From assembly GCA_965287045.1 (NCBI GenBank), contig OZ336873.1:102548001-102612000 (forward strand): 64,000 nt of DNA. The letters run 5' to 3'. The number at the start of each line of letters is the position of its first letter. Position 1 is the stretch's first letter. This stretch comes from Carcharhinus amblyrhynchos. Its lineage: Eukaryota. Position numbers and translations under genes: made by a program. The notes beneath the pieces are model-generated. The model saw nothing but the letters and a program-made list of their open reading frames with translations. It was not told where the DNA came from and did not search any database. Of this stretch, positions 24,117 to 38,070 are shown piece after piece.

Positions 24117-25571
24117 TGACCCCCCACCACATGCCCCCCCCAATTCTTTCACTGTACTATGATGCCTTATTCCTGAATTCTAGTGCTCCATATTTATTGA
24201 TTGCAGGGAAGTAAGATTACTTCCCACTTTTGATTAGTTAGTAGGGATTCACTGATTAGGAAAATAGTCAGGCGAAACACCTTCTACACTTCTCCAAAAT
24301 TCTGAATACCAAGCTTCAAACATAGCAGTATAAGCCTTTATTTATAGTTAATAGTTTTTGTTTGTAGAGATCTAATAGGGACATCGTGTTCACATATATA
24401 TAGCTGAGTTATAGTCATAATCATTCGCTAGTTAATTACATTAAAATGGTATTTATAAAAGGATGACTCAAGGACTGGTAAGACAGAAGGAAAAAAAATG
24501 ACTGAACATTGCTACAATAGCACGTCATTCTTTTGCAAATGTGTTCTCATTAAAATGTAACCAGAACAACAATTATGACCCCAGGTGTTGTACATAATGT
24601 CTAGCTTTGGAGTGTGAAGTGATTGCTTCATTATGTGCATGAGTTATTGATGTGTTAGCATGTGTGATTACTGTAATGTCATGTCAGAAGCAAGCAACAG
24701 TTCTCATTGAGGTAGTCAGGATCCTGGAGAGTGTTATCAGATTTACTTTTCATATCTATTTCAAGATCATTAGTTGTAAGCTTCTAAAAATTATTCCCAA
24801 CCTCTTGAGTGGATCACATTAATAGATAACCACTTTTTATAATACTCTTCATGCAATTATGTCTCACAACAATGTGATATTACTCACTAATATTTGCTTC
24901 TGATTAAAGGTCCCTTGAGATCGAAGAGTTATAGTAGAACAATATTGCAACAGTAAAGCAGTAGTTACGTCATCAATACATAAAATAGCATTAACAAAAC
25001 ATTGCAATGATGTACCCAGTATAGAAAGCAGTCAAACTAAAAAAGCCACAAAAGCAAAATAATGCCGATGTTGGAAATCTTTTTTGATGGAAGATCATGA
25101 AATATTAATGGCTTTGCTTCCCACAGATACTGCCAGGTTTGTTGAGTACCTCCTGCATTTTCTGTTTTTAATTGTAAAAGCAGCCCCTGGGTTTTTATTC
25201 ATGGCCTGAGTTAGGTGATTCCACCTGCAGTGTCAGCAGGGGAAAATAGGTTACCTATTATTAAACATTAGCCATAACTGCATTTCTGTTCACAATACCA
25301 ATTTACACTCAAGCAGGATTCCTGCTGATCTACTATCCAAAGATCTCCTGTTGATCATCTGGTGATTCAGAATTTGCCAACCAATGAAGCAGTTGGAGTA
25401 AAAACAGCCTTGTTCACATCTCAAAATACAAAAACAACAAATTCACTGAACTTGTCTTCATGGTAACATCATGGGGAGGGAGGGCAGAGAGAAAGAGATG
25501 CCAGACATGAAGAGCAGCAAAGTGAGAGGAGGAGCTGAATGGAAAACTATCGTCAGGATGCTCTGAGGAAT

Positions 25572-27498
25572 TATAAAGTTGATAAAGAAGGGTAGGATAA
25601 ACTATGAAGCTGGGCTAGCGCTTAATATAAAAAAGGATAGTAAGAGTTTTTATAAATATATAAAAAGGAAGAGGCTGACTAGGGTGAACGTTGGACCCTT
25701 AGAGGATGAGAGGGAGGACTTAGTGGTAGGGGATGGGGAAATGGCTGAGGCCTTGAATAACTTTTTTGTTTCGGTCTTCACGGAGGAGGGCGTGAATAAT
25801 TTGCCGGGTGTTAGCGATGGAAAGATGGTAGGACTGGAGGGTCTCAATGACATTATTGTTACTAGAGAGGCAGTGCTCGACAGACTGGAGGGACTGATTG
25901 TAGACAAGTCCCCAGGACCGGATGGAATGCATCCAAGGGTTCTGAAAGAAATGGCGGAGGTGATAGTGGATGCCTTGATGATTATTTTCCAAACATTGCT
26001 GGATTCCGGGGAAGTGCCGGAAGATTGGAAAATGGCTAATGTTACGCCGTTGTTTAAGAAGGGTGGCAGGCAAAAGGCAGGGAATTATAGGCCGGTTAGT
26101 TTAACGTGTGTTGTAGGTAAAATGTTAGAATCCGTCATCAAGGAGGAAATAGCGAGGCATCTTGAGGAGAATTGTTTGATAGAGCAGACGCAGCATGCTT
26201 TCGTTAAGGGGAAGTTGTGTCTGACGAATTTATTGGAGTTCTATGAGGATGTGTCTAGGGCGGTGGATAGAGGTGGATAGGTGGATGTGGCGTTTCTTGA
26301 TTTTCAGAAGGCGTTTGATAAGGTGCCGCACAAGAGGTTATTACAGAAGGTTAGAGGGCATGGAGGTGGGGGTAGGGTGTTAGCGTGGATAGGGGATTGG
26401 CTGTCAAATAGGAGGCAGAGAGTGGGAGTCAATGGGTGCTATTTGGATTGGCGGTTGGTGACTAGTGGAGTGCCCCAGGGGTCGGTGCTGGGGCCTCAGC
26501 TATTTACCATTTATATAGATGATCTGGAGGAAGGAACCGAGTGTATGGTGTCGAAATTTGCTGATGACACCAAGATTGGTGGAACGGCAAATTGTGTGGA
26601 GAGCGTGGAAAGTCTGCAGAAGGACCTAGATACGCTGGGCGAATGGGCCAGGAACTGGCAAATGGAATTTAATGTTGGCAAGTGTGAAGTTGTCCACTTT
26701 GGTAGGAATAATGGTAGGAAGGGCTATTACTTACATGGTGAAAAACTGCAGCATGCAACGGTGCAGAGGGACCTCGGGGTCCTTGTGCATGAGTCGCAAA
26801 AACCCAGCCTGCAGGTGCAGCAGGTGGTCAGGATGGCTAATGGGATGCTGGCCTTCATAGCGAGGGGGATTGAATATAAAAGTAGGGAGGTCTTGCTGCA
26901 ACTGTACACGGCACTGGTGAGGCCGCAGCTGGAGTACTGTGTGCAGTTTTGGTCACCGCACTTACGCAAGGATATTTTGGCCTTGGAGGGAGTGCAGAGG
27001 AGGTTTACTAGGCTGATACGGAGTTGAGGGGGTTGAACTATAAGGAGAGGCTGAATAAACTAGGCTTGTGCTCATTAGAGTTTAGAAGAATGAGGGGAGA
27101 TCTCATTGAGACGTATAAGATGATGAATGGGATGGATAGGATAGAGGTGGAGAGGCTCTTCCCGCTCAGAAAGGACAGTAGGACTAGGGGGCACAGCCTC
27201 AAGGTAAGGGCGGGGGGGGGGTTTAGAACCGAGTTGAGGAGGAACTTCTTCACTCCAAGGGTGGTGAATCTCTGGAATTCTCTGCCTGTTGAAGTGGTGG
27301 AGGCAGCCTCGCTAAATATATTTAAGACGCGGGTTGATAGGTTTTTGATAAGCAAGGGGATTAAGGGTTATGGGGAGAGGGTGGAAAAGTGGAACTGAGC
27401 CACGACAGATCAGCCATGATCTTATTGAATGGCAGGGCAGGCTCGAAGGGCTAGATGGCCTACTCCTGCTCCTATTTCTTATGTTCTTATGTTCTTAT
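25572..27498 (+). mobile_element. Young 5'-truncated CR1 LINE (ORF2 RT and 3' UTR)
   Basis: KSPGPDGMHPRVL, NYRPVSLT, GVPQGSVLGP and KFADDTK. In-frame TAG at 26278-26280 and a 1-nt frameshift near 27020; (TTCTTATG)n tail. Confidence 0.95.
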
Positions 27499-27764
27499 CA
27501 TACATGCCAACTAGTTGGTTTCATGGTTTTCCTTTGAACTATTGACTCAATCCTGACATTCTTCCCTCCCTCACTTTCAATCGTCTAGTTGTAATCCTCC
27601 ACGCTGCCCCGACGGGATGATGACTGGAGGTCCCACCTCTTCCTTTTCCCATTTCTCACATCCATTATACTTAAAGAGGGCTTGCTAGCTTTTGCATTTT
27701 AGTTTGGTGTTAATTTTTACATATAGGCTAGAAATAAAATTTTGGCTTGTGTCTATTATAGCCA

Positions 27765-28630
27765 AATTTGCTGACCAATCTAAGGTAAGTGGGAAAGCAA
27801 GCCCTGAGGATGCAAGGAGTCAGCAAAGGGATACAGATAGATAAAGTGCGTAGGCAACAAATTGACAAGCAGTATAACCTACTTGAGTTTTTCATTTTGG
27901 TTGAAACAGGAGAAAAGTAAAATTTTAAAAGGGAAAGATTAGAATGCTGCAGAATAGAAAGATCTAGGTGCCCTTAGATCTAAAACACAAAAATCAGAAT
28001 GCAAATAATTAGGTAGGTAAATGGAACGTTGATCTTTATTGCAAGGGGGTGAAGTATAAAAGTAGGGAAGTTTTGCATTTGTACAGGAGTACTGTGCACA
28101 GTTTTGCTTTCCTTATTTAAAGAGGGGTGTGCTCGCATTTGGAGACAGTTCAGAAAAGGTGCACCAGGTTGATTCATGGGATGAAGAGGCTGTCTCCTCA
28201 GGAAACATTAAAAATGAATTGGACCTAAACTTATTAAACTCAATGAGAGCTGATATAGCTGAAACAAAGGATTCTAAAGGGACTTGACAATGCAAATGCT
28301 GAGATTTTATTTGCCTTTGTGAGGAAACGTAGAACTAGTGGCCACATTTTAAGAGTAAGGAGTTGCCCATTTAAGACAACAGGGAGAAATTTCTTCCCTC
28401 AGAGGTTGTGAATCTTTGGAACTGTACTCCAGAGAGTTGTGCAGATTGAGTCTTTGAATATATTCAAGGCAGAGATAGACCAAATTTGAATCCTAATGAA
28501 GTCAAGGTTATAGGCAACAGGCTGGGAAGTGGAGTTGAGGCCAACATCAGCTCAGCCATGGTCTGACTGAATGGTGCAGCATGCCTGGAAGGCCAAATTA
28601 TCTACTCCTGTTGCCATTTGCGTTCTTATG
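27765..28630 (+). mobile_element. Old CR1 3' fragment
   Basis: aaatttgctgac...tactcctgtt...gttcttatg; degenerate RT C-terminus. Confidence 0.8.
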
Positions 28631-29146
28631 GGAGCATCTGTGAAGAAAGTATGCTTATATCAATTTTTTATCATTCTGTCTGTGCTTCATATTTCTGGCA
28701 TCTGCAGTATTTTTGTTTTGTATGCTCTTCTGGGAATGGACACACATTCACTGTCACCAATTGGAACGTTTCATTTGCTCCATAATGTAACTCAAGAAAA
28801 ATGAACTAAATCAGGATGAGCAAAGATATTGTCTCGCCCAACTCACTATGTTTCCTGAAGTTCAACGAGCACACAACACAGTTTCAGAAGAATTCTCACA
28901 TTTTAACATGAGCAGGAAGAAAAACCAAGGTTGATTTCACAAGACACTAAACCAGAAATAGTAAAAACTCTCTTCTAACATCTGACATCATGTTCCACTG
29001 ACAATGGTAAGAAAATGATTAATTCCTGAAATCCGATTAAAATTTGGCAATTTTAAATCAAGACAAAATCAGTGAGGCAGGTAGAGTTTGGCAGAATACA
29101 AACATTCACCCTATCACGGTGTGCGATTGAAGTCTTTGGTTCTTAC

Positions 29147-29248
29147 CAGTTTCTTCAGTTTCACTGTCATAGGCAAACAGTGTGGACACCACAGGTTCCA
29201 AGTCTTCTTTGGCAGTTCCATTTGACAGGCAAGTTAAGTGGACCAGAT
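29147..29248 (-). CDS. CHM: Rab escort protein 1, exon 13 equivalent
   Basis: aaaatag|AT CTG...ACT G|gtaaga, 102 nt. Encodes (Y)LVHLTCLSNGTAKEDLEPVVSTLFAYDSETEET, similar to REP1 [25 protein letters not shown]. Confidence 0.96.
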
Positions 29249-32034
29249 CTATTTTAAAATCAATTACAAGGGTCACGTTATTCAGATGTAGCAAAATAGT
29301 AGTGCTGAATATGCAACTCAAGTGCTACCAAAAGAAACTCTGCAAGGCAAAAAAAAAGAAATCAGGTAATCTTTTGTAATGCCGTCTTTTCTCATTTTAC
29401 AGCTTAAATTTATGGACTTTACTTCTTTTGCATTTTAGAATAAAAGTCATATTTTTGCAACATTGCCAACTTGCATAGTTTAAAATATTTTGAAATAAAC
29501 AAAAGGTCTGGGCTCCACACCTATCCCCAGTAGTACTTGAAATAGGTCCTGACTATCCAAAGCAACGGAAGTTTGTACATCAAGGTTAAACATTTAATTT
29601 ATGGTGGAAGCTCTTGGTATAGGCAACTTTATTAGAGACTATGAGGGATTTATGCACATAGGATTTCCAGAAATGCAACCTCATAAACAGCATTATTTAC
29701 TGATGAAAATGAACATTGTAAATTTAGAAACATAAATGGTTGACATCTCAATCAAAAACAAGTTTTGAATGAGGTTACCACAGTGATATTTTCAGCATCA
29801 ACTGCAATTTAAGCCACGTGGTTGTTTTTGTTTTGCTTTAAAAACTGATCACAGGTGGATGTGTGTCTTAATTCTTTGGCTATTAAGAGTAGTGTTTCTC
29901 TTTGCTTTGTGAATTTCAATTGTCAAGAGGTGTCAATAAGGATATTATTTTTAATGCAGCGAGATACTGCTTTCCTCAAAACATTTACAAGTTGCTCAGC
30001 AAAAACACTATCTTTTAGCATCCCTTACACAGGCTTCTTGCCAAATAAGTTTGGTGTATTATTAAACTATATACATGAGGCTGCTGCAATTTTCTTGTCC
30101 TAAATAAAAACTGCACACCTTTTAAAGACATACTCCTCTAAGAGTTCCCACTGCACTATTAAGTACTGACCAACATTGATTTAGAATGTCTAAGACGCCT
30201 TCATTGAGGTGCCAAATGCACCATAATAAAAAGCTTGCTGTCACCAGGTGACAAAAAAGGCAGGTGGGAGTGGAGAGGTGGAAAGAGAATTTGACAGGGC
30301 TCACACAATTGCTATTTTGGTGATTCCTTCTGGAAAATACATGTGTATACAGCACAAGAAATAGGCGCAGGAGGAGACTATTATGTCTATCAATCCTGCC
30401 TTACCATTCAATAAAATTATGGCTGATCATGGGCTTCAATTTCACCAACCCAACTGCTCCCTATACTGAATTTGCTTACCACAGTTCCATGCCCAAAAAG
30501 CTATGACACACACTGCTTAGATCACTCACAGAAATGCTCAATTAAGTGGGGCACAGGAGAGTTACTGTCACCTGTGGAACTAAATCCTAACAGAACTCAG
30601 TCTTTTGACAAGACAACGGGGAGTAAAGCAAGGGGGAAAATAACATTTAAAGAAACAAAACTGATGTTACACCTGTTAAGATACAAATAGGTTTTTTTGC
30701 AGGCTGGTATGCTTCCCAAGTAACAACAACATGCAGTAGCATAAACAATTTTGGACTACTTGGCTCAGTTGGTGCTGCCATCTAACTGGATAACTTAGCA
30801 GAAATCAAAGTCACTCTGGCCACCTCTAAAGTACTCTGACAAGATACAGTAGCATAGTTATTCATTATAAATAGCATACATTCAACTGGAGCTGAATCAA
30901 CTTATTTTTTCTCTTGCAAATAACTTACAACTGCGCAACTTCATCCATGCAGATCTGAAGGACACCCAAACTAGGGGTTTATTCAGGACTGCACCAACGT
31001 TCATCTCTGACCACCCATCAGGAATTGTGGTTTACATTCTCATATGTCGATGTGCCACCCTGTCTATTTTTTATAAATGCTTGTACACTAATCAAACAAA
31101 CTAACAGTGATCATTTCAAAGTAGCAGATTTGTAATGCCTTAATAATGTTAATATTCTATATAATGATTTATGGACCTATTCCTTCAAACATTTTCCACA
31201 GATGATGCTTTTTCCAAAAAAATGCCACCTTATAAAGGTACAGTATCAAAAGATATTTGTTAAATTGAAAATAATGGAGAACGATGTACTAGAATGAAGA
31301 TTTGCTTGAGCAGAAATAGAGTTCATTCTTCAGATTCCATTCACTTAGCAGGTACCTTCACATATCAAAAGTGCCTTGAAGTGGAAGGAAGTTTTGTCAA
31401 GTCACAGTACAAAACATCCCCATAACCACCACAGTGTACCGCCAGAAGTTTATTTCTTTCATGATGATGGTGGTGGTGTTGGGGGTGGCGATGTCTGTGA
31501 TGATGAGAATCTAATTTTCTTTATTGCAAAATACCTACACCACAAAAAATTTTGTACAATTGAATAATAAATCAAAAATAACCACTATATTTTATGGTTC
31601 TTCATGGTGTCTTTACATTCTGCCCTCTGCTATTGTCTGCCACATCAGTTTCTATTACCCGACACATTTTAGTTACTCAGGTATGACTGAATTAGTAACA
31701 GCGACTAAAGCCATTTGTCATGTAATGCTCTCCTAGCAGGAAGAGCAATGATTTTAGTTCATGATTCGATCATTTGAGTCACATTTTCAGGGCAAGTGAA
31801 AGACTTCAGTTCCAGTCAGCTGGCAACTCTGATTACATGTGTGTCATCTTCTGAACACATGATCAGGGGCTTGAAGAATAAATGAATTAATCTTCAACAT
31901 TCATTGACCAGAGTAAATCACTCAGTTAAAAATCAATTTAAATATGAAAATAATGCAGAAAACAGGATTAGGTATCGATTTCAAAACAAAATAGTTGTTT
32001 GTTCAGATATTAAGTGTAGAATATTTCAACTTAC

Positions 32035-32131
32035 AGGTGCCTTGTGGACAGGTATTTGAAGAGGGGCAGAGCTCAATGATTCGTACAGAAGGTTGATCTT
32101 TTTCCACTGCAGGCACAGTCAAAATAGAAAT
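32035..32131 (-). CDS. CHM: Rab escort protein 1, exon 12 equivalent
   Basis: ctttacag|ATT TCT...ACC T|gtaagt, 97 nt. Encodes [32 protein letters not shown], similar to REP1 [32 protein letters not shown]. Confidence 0.96.
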
Positions 32132-32869
32132 CTGTAAAGTCAAGGCATATAGTAAGGGATCACTGAGTGCTTACTCAATGTCTAAACAATCAACCTTATT
32201 CCTAATTTTGGACTTTCACATCATGCTGTTTGTAGGATTTTGTTGTACATAATTGAGCAGCTGTTTGCCTCCGTAAGACTCACTGCACTAACGCAAAGCA
32301 TTTCAGAATGACGAGACATAATCTGAGACATAATATGATACATCACTGGAAGTTGTCTTTCGTGACAAAAATCATTCCATTATCCAGAGATCATCAATAT
32401 TATTGCTAAGGGGGTAAATTATTATTGCAAACCAAAACAGCAAGATGCTGGAAGAAGTCCACAAAGCTGACCTTGAATCAGGATTGCATTTCTCCAAACA
32501 ATTGGATATCTAGTTAACCGCAGTGGTTGTCATATTTCAGACTAAAGGGTGATTTATCATGAATATCTTCATTCCCATAGCTCATGTTTTTCATCTTTCC
32601 ACCTATTCAATGCTGCAAAAGAGAAGTTGCTGGGTCACATTTTGTTTTTTCTCCCACCACAGGAGTTTCTTTTTTAAAGAAAAAAGATGAATGGCTAAGG
32701 CAACTTGCAGACAGAGATGGACATATAAGGAACCTTGTTATGAAGAGAAACTTGCTTGCATCATACAGTTATACCACAAATTGCAAAACCTGTCAAGGGA
32801 TTGCCGCATCAAACAAGATATGGACAAGTCTGCGTCTAGTCGGTGTAGTATCATCCCCCAGGGTATCAG

Positions 32870-33880
32870 CTTCTGCAGCCTAACTTGCAAAGTCGAACAG
32901 CACAGTAGTTGGGGCCTCACAACAAGGATCACTCTTCCGAGCCTTTTCAGCTTTGGTGGAAGCTCAGCAGGACTGCCAGCTAGATTCAGGGCTCCACCTT
33001 GGATAGATTGGTAGATCATATCGAAAGGGGTTTTCAAGATTTCACATCTCTTAAATCTGGTCTCCCTCAGGTCTGTGGAACTGATGGTGACTCTGACTGA
33101 TGCACTGATATAGTTGTGACTGTACTGGAGTGGATCTTGCATGGAGTTGTGCACAGGTGTCAAGTTGGGCAAAAGTATGCATTTTCTGTATCTTAACAGC
33201 TATTCACTGATATTCTTGGATGTGTAGAAAGATGGGAGATTGAATGTTAGAATGATGAGGATGTAATGGTTTCTTGTATCAAGCACAATTTATGTAATGC
33301 AAATCTGGTGTTTACACATTAGTTGCATATTGATGGAGTGAAAGTTCTTTCTATTCACAACAGTCCCTGGCTCATCTCCTCGTCCCTTGTTAAGTAAATG
33401 TACAAAATCAATCATATTCTTGAAATGAGGGAGTCAGCACTTATGCAAATTTCAGAGCACTCTCATTCCAGCCGTTGATATTGTGATAATGATAATGTAC
33501 CAGGCAAAGAGCGCACAGGTGATCAGCATGATGCAACTGTGTAGTGTAGATCGGGACTTGCGGGTAATGTCCTCTGTAGAAGTATATAAGAAGCATAGAT
33601 AAGAAAGTTAGAGTCATTAGTAACTCTGACACTGGCAAATTATAGTCATTGATCCAGCTGCAGCAAGCCCTACCACACTGGTCCGCATAGATCAACAACA
33701 GTCTGCCTGGTGGAGCACAATCTTCCAATGCAATCTCTCTCAGATGGTAAAAATGCTATTCCCTGGGTTATAGATCCTTTGGACAGAGTAAGATCTTCTA
33801 CGAGTAACCTCCCTTAACTGTTGTGTCTAACAGGGCATTTGCTGCTCATCACTATATTTTCCATTTCTGCTGGTCCTTGT
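32870..33880 (-). pseudogene. Fossil PIF/Harbinger (HARBI1-like) DDE transposase
   Basis: Minus strand 33358-33314 encodes VNRKNFHSINMQLMC (family motif NRKGFHSINVQLVC). Upstream RRSYSVQRIY and LPV...LTF, downstream TPVHN...RFK...GGAL. Many stops and frameshifts. Confidence 0.75.
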
Positions 33881-33969
33881 CCTGCAAATGTCCAAAAGCA
33901 GAGAGAAAAATAAATCCCTAACAAATAGCGAGTGTTTAAATTAAATTTAATTGGAGTGATTAAAGCAAA

Positions 33970-34933
33970 GGCAGAAACAACCACATCAGTAAGGATAGGA
34001 AACAACCCCGATTCCACGATCATCCTCAACATCGGTGCCCCACATGGTTGTGTTCTCAGCCCCCAATTATACTCCTTATACACCTATGACTGTGCGGCCA
34101 AATTCCCCTCCAATTCAATTTTCCAGTTTGCTGACGACAATCAGATCTCAAATAATGATGAGACAGAGTACAGGAATGAGATAGAGAATCTAGTGAACTG
34201 GTGAGGCAACAATAATCTCTCCCTCGACGTCAACAAAGCAAAGGAGATTGTCATCGACTTTAGGGAGCGTAAAGGAGAACATGCCCCTGTCTACATCAAT
34301 GGGGATGAAGTAGAAAGAGTCTAGAGCTTCAAGCTTTTAGGTGTCCAAGTCACCCGTGCTGACACTACAGTTAAGAAAGCCCACCAGCGCCTCTAATTTC
34401 TCAGACTCAGGAAATTTGGCATGTCAGTTACAACTCTCACCAACTTTTACAGGTGCACCATAGAAAGTATTCTTTCTGGTTGTATCACAGCTTGGTATGG
34501 TTCTTGCTCTGCCCAAGACTGCAAGGAACTACAAAAGGTCGTGAATGTAGCCCAATCCGTCACGCAAACCAGCCTCTCATCCACTGACTCTGTCTACACT
34601 TCCCGCTGCCTCGGCAAAGCAGCCAGCATAATTAAGGACCTCACGCACCCCAGACATTCTCTCTTCCACCTTCTTCCTTCGGGAAAAAGATACTAAAGTC
34701 TGAGGTCATGTACCAACCGACTCAAGAACAGCTTCTTCCCTGCTGCTGTCAGACTTTTGAATGGATTTACCTTGCATTAAGTTAATATTTTTCTACACCC
34801 TAGCAATGACTGTAACACTACATTCTACACTCTCATTTCCTTCTTTATGAATGGTATGTTTTGTCTGCATAGCACGCAAGAAACAGTACTTTTCACTGTA
34901 TGTTAATACATGACAATAATAAATCAAATCAAA
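33970..34933 (+). mobile_element. Rex1/Babar LINE, 5'-truncated
   Basis: GAPHGCVLSPQLYSLYTYDC, FQFADD and YRCTIESILSGCITAWYG; 3' end aataataaatcaaatcaaa. Confidence 0.88.
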
Positions 34934-36254
34934 ACCTGAGCTGAGAAGTTCCTTGAAAATCCAAAGCACAATTGCACACATATCTTGATCTGAGTGCTTG
35001 CAGCCAAGTGCCTTTTTAAATAGTGTTTCCAAGTCATGTTATGTTGTAAAGGCAGCCTTATCAGGCATTTTCTCAGCAGACTGGCCATTGAACTGACTTC
35101 AGATCCAACTTGATGATGTCATAGGACCCTGATTTGAATTATTGAGGAACCCATCTGTTTCTGTAAGTGCATTTGCCAGAATCAGTTCCTGAGTTAAAGT
35201 GGCGATTCTGATGAGAATTGGGCAGGATTACAATATCTGCTGTTTAAACAGCTTATTACATTGTCATTGAGTGTATTGGATTAAATGTTACATATTTGAT
35301 TGCCTTTAAAGGGATAGTGGATGCACATATGCGGTACAGGCAAAACAAAGTCAGGTGTATTAATGCATCTTTGGGTCATGCTATCATATAATTCTATATT
35401 GGATAACATGGGCACACAATTGAATGAAAAATTGCAGACTTGTGTGGGTGATCAACATGACTGCACCCAATAGAACATCTAAAACAGACTCTAAATTTGA
35501 GGTTTCAATTCAGTGATACAGCCAATGTTGCCACAAAAGGCATTCATTTGCTAAATACTAGCAAACAACAATCTCAGCCGTGAAAGGAGGATGATGAGAA
35601 ACCTTGCTTTAAAATAAACTTAAACGAGTTCATGTTATGTATCCCATGACAATTATACCCAGCTGGATGTTAAGCCTGTGCAAAAGATTTATTTTTTGTT
35701 ACCTTGAGCAATTAATATTGCACTGCACATTTTCCACTGAGGGATTAATAGTCAAGCTCAAAAGACAGATGAGGAAGGCCATTCAATGAAATTGGGCTCA
35801 CCCATTCAGAAGGATCATGGCATCCAAACGCTTAATTATTCTATTATGTTACCCCACTATCCTACCTGAAAATCCATTCCGCATGTTTTGTATGAAGAAC
35901 TTCCTAAGTATCAACATCAGAGCTGTTCACCTTTCAACTCCTGGACAGTTCAACAACACTGGCAGCATTTAGAATCAAAGAATCTCGACAGTGCAGAAGG
36001 AGGCCAGCTAGCCCATTCAGTCTGCACTGACTTTCAGACACAGTATCTTACCCAAGCCCTTTCACCCACTCTGTCTCAGTAACCCACAGATTTAAACCTT
36101 TTGGATTCATCACCTAACAAAGTCTTTGTCAGCAGGTACATCTGACAAAACTGACATCTAGTTACAAATATGTCACCTCCAATCTACATTTGTTATCCTT
36201 TCTGAGTTTTTGATATATATGTGCACACGTATGCAAGTGCAGAAAGAAAAAGTA

Positions 36255-36700
36255 TAAGGAAACAAGAAACAGGAGTAGACCATGTACCCCACTGTGCCTG
36301 CTCTGCCATTCAATATAATCATGGCTGATCTTGGGCTTCAACTCTATTTTCTCACTTGTTCCCCTTATCTTACCATCCTCTGTGACACCAAACATCTGCC
36401 CATCCCAGTCTTAAATGTATTCAATGATGGAACATAACACTCTGGGATAGAGAATGCCAAAGATTTACAACCCTTTGAATGAGATCATTTCTCTTCATCT
36501 CAGTCCTAAATGATTGGTCCCTTATCCTGAGGCAGTGTCCCCATATTTTAGATTCCTGAAGCAGCAGAAAAAAACTCTCACCGTCGAGCCTAACAAGCCC
36601 CCTCAGATTTTTGTAAATTTCAAGATCACTTCTCATTCTTCTAAACTCTAGAAAATATAACCCAATTTATTTAAACATCCCAGGGACCAATCAAGTGAAC
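36255..36700 (-). mobile_element. CR1 3' fragment
   Basis: ORF track GLVRLDGE...QRVVNLWHSL; CR1 tail on minus. Confidence 0.8.
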
Positions 36701-36794
36701 CAAAATATGTTGTGAAGCGCTTTGACCTTAAGTAAATTATGTTCCTTTTAAACAGTTAATAGTATTACATTTATCTTTTTTTTCATTGTCCAGT

Positions 36795-37116
36795 TAGAAT
36801 CATAGAATCCCTGCAGTACAGAAGGAAGCCATTTGGTCCATCAAGTCTGCGCTGACTTTTAACCAGGCTTACCTCATAAAGCACGTACTTTCCACATTAA
36901 TCCCCCTAACCTATATATCTTGGGGCACCAAAGAGCAATCTAAAATGGCCAATCAACCAAACCTGTACATTTTTGTAGTGTGGGAGGACACCAGAGCACC
37001 CAGAGGAAACCCATGCAGATATGGGGAGAGCATGCAAAGTCAACACAGTCATCCAAGGCTGGAATTGAACCTGAGTCCCTGGCACCTAAGCAGCAATGTT
37101 AACCACTTTGCCACCG
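36795..37116 (-). mobile_element. HE1-like SINE
   Basis: tagaatcatagaatccc...ccagagcacccagaggaaaccc...ttaaccactttgccacc. Confidence 0.85.
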
Positions 37117-37239
37117 TGAGCCCCGTTGTGAGAGAAACTTTATGTAATAACATTTTTAATTTTAGTGACCAGGGTTTTATTTTAATTATACTAGAATAGA
37201 AGAAATGACAGGCAGGGAATCAGTCAGAACTGTCACTAC

Positions 37240-37300
37240 CTGCTCAGAATTGGACTTCAGGACAGAAGAATCTGTGATGAGCACGCCTCTCGAAATGTAC
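37240..37300 (-). CDS. CHM: Rab escort protein 1, exon 11 equivalent
   Basis: ttgtaag|G TAC ATT...GAG CAG|gtagtg, 61 nt. Encodes YISRGVLITDSSVLKSNSEQ, similar to REP1 [21 protein letters not shown]; phase fits both neighbours. Confidence 0.94.
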
Positions 37301-37349
37301 CTTACAAAAAAGAAAAATAGAAGAATTACGAACATACATACGAAAGTAC

Positions 37350-37740
37350 AAGTTAAAGAGCAGGAATAGGCTACTCAGCCCCTCATTCAATAAGATCATG
37401 GCTGATCAGATTGTAACTTTAACACACATTCCTGCCTACCCAAATAACCTTTTATCCTCTTTGTTGATCAATAATCTAACTAGCTCTGCCTTAAAAATAT
37501 TCCAAGACTCTACTTCCACTGCCTTTTGAGAAAGAATGCCAGAGACTCATGACTTGTCCTGGAGAAAGAAAATTCCTCTTATCTCTGTCTTAAACATGCA
37601 TCCCTTTATTTTTTAAAAAGTGACCAAGTTCTAGATACTTCAACAAGAGGAAACATCCTCTCCACACCCATTGGTTAATATCCCTCAGGATCATAAAAGT
37701 TTTGATCAAGTTGCCTCTTACTCTTCTAAACTCTAGTAGA
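37350..37740 (-). mobile_element. CR1 3' fragment in the short intron between exons 10 and 11
   Basis: gagcaggaataggc...cattcaataagatcatggctgatc...ctcttctaaactc. Confidence 0.78.
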
Positions 37741-37965
37741 ATCAAATTACGCAACAGTGGTGTGGAACATTGAACGAAGGAGTACGCAAATTGCAGCAGT
37801 AGAATCTCAAAAGTATGTCATTGTTTAAAGAATCACCATAATGCTGCTTTTTTTTAAATCTACGAAAAGTTTGAGCATTGCCCCATATAAAAATAAAATT
37901 TCATATTCAACGACTCTCATAACATAGCTGTCTGAAAGAATGTTGTGCTACAGTTCTACATTTAC

Positions 37966-38070
37966 CTGTACTTTAGATTTTTAGTATGTTTCTCAGGTAG
38001 ATAGTTATGATTCACAATGAAGTGTTCACAACTGATGCGATGGCCGTTACTGTCAATTACAGCTTTACAC
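37966..38070 (-). CDS. CHM: Rab escort protein 1, exon 10 equivalent
   Basis: ttttgcag|G TGT AAA...TAC AG|gtaaat, 105 nt. Encodes CKAVIDSNGHRISCEHFIVNHNYLPEKHTKNLKY(R), similar to REP1 [26 protein letters not shown]. Confidence 0.95.

Noticed and set aside
23355-24214. GC-rich region with overlapping ORFs as a CpG island or nested gene
   Set aside because: The Pro/Gly-rich translations reflect base composition, and the block resembles an interspersed repeat.
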